This document shows, one piece after another, positions 63,710-64,000 of a stretch of 64,000 nt of DNA. A model generated the notes under the pieces. The model saw nothing but the letters and a program-made list of their open reading frames with translations. It was not told where the DNA came from and made no database searches. The stretch comes from Chloroflexi bacterium UBA4730 (GTDB lineage: Bacteria > Chloroflexota > Limnocylindria > P2-11E): the NCBI GenBank assembly GCA_002404155.1, contig DHJC01000073.1, positions 38,937 through 102,936 on the forward strand. The letters are read 5' to 3'. The position numbers and the translations under genes are program-made. Every line of letters starts with the position of its first letter. Position 1 is the stretch's first letter.

Positions 63710-64000
63710 ATGGACGTCTACATCGAGATAGCGGTGGGTATCGCAGCGCTTCTCGTGCTGAGCCGCATCGTTGCCGGCGTCCCGGGCGAACGCGCCTATC
63801 GCCGGGCCACCGTGTTCATTGGCGTGCTCCTGGTCTGCGTCGCGCTCACGATCCTCACGATCGGCGCGCGCAGCCCGTACACCCACGCGAACCTCAGCGC
63901 CGGCTACGACCCGCACTACGATTTCACCGCCCAGATCAGCACCGGCGACGACACGAGCTTCATGGGCGTGAGCCCGCAGGCCGCCCCAACCGCGGCTGAT
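63710..64000 (+). CDS. Membrane protein, 5' part only (runs off the right edge)
   Basis: GGAGG RBS; MDVYIEIAVGIAALLVLSRIV...VFIGVLLVCVALTILTIGARSPYTHANL...; two TM then a soluble segment. Confidence 0.7.
   Translation, partial: MDVYIEIAVGIAALLVLSRIVAGVPGERAYRRATVFIGVLLVCVALTILTIGARSPYTHANLSAGYDPHYDFTAQISTGDDTSFMGVSPQAAPTAAD

Noticed and set aside
1-64000. Numerous long Arg/Ala/Pro-rich ORFs in alternative frames; search for tRNA, rRNA, IS or integrase
   Set aside because: The long ORFs are stop-poor shadows expected at this GC content. No RNA gene or mobile-element signature was recognised by eye; tRNAscan, cmscan and ISEScan would be needed to exclude them formally.

Overview
High-GC bacterial chromosomal window that is almost entirely coding. 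The lineage cannot be determined from the sequence alone; the gene content resembles soil Chloroflexota or Actinomycetota. It reads as a hypoxia/anaerobiosis island. A DosS/DosR(DevSR)-like two-component system (8852-10863) sits among at least 15 copies of a 16-bp quasi-palindrome (consensus about AGGGCCGnnGGTCCCn, close to the Streptomyces OsdR / mycobacterial DosR box). The copies lie in intergenic regions ahead of most transcription units. Classic dormancy-regulon families are present: 3 tandem-domain USPs, 3 BON proteins, Hsp20, 2 PNPO-like flavoproteins, 2 P-type ATPases, phosphoketolase/acetate kinase, a Pat-like acetyltransferase and VIT1. Respiratory modules include copper nitrite reductase (nirK) with NnrS, a group 1 [NiFe] uptake hydrogenase cluster and an ApbE/FMN-binding/ferric-reductase flavinylation module. 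There are also two NrfC/NrfD(DsrOP-like) quinone-interacting modules with no adjacent molybdoenzyme or multiheme catalytic subunit inside the window. Both modules share an Ig-like + TM subunit, which is a separate gene in module 1 and fused to NrfD in module 2. Module 2 also carries a ferredoxin-GltD-like flavoprotein and a tandem pair of paralogous unknown membrane proteins, making it the best candidate for an undescribed complex. A ~65-nt structured element is duplicated in two 5' leaders (candidate cis-regulatory RNA). At least eight genes are frameshifted or internally deleted relics. I found no rRNA, tRNA, CRISPR array or transposase. All product calls come from motif recognition by eye; no database search was run.
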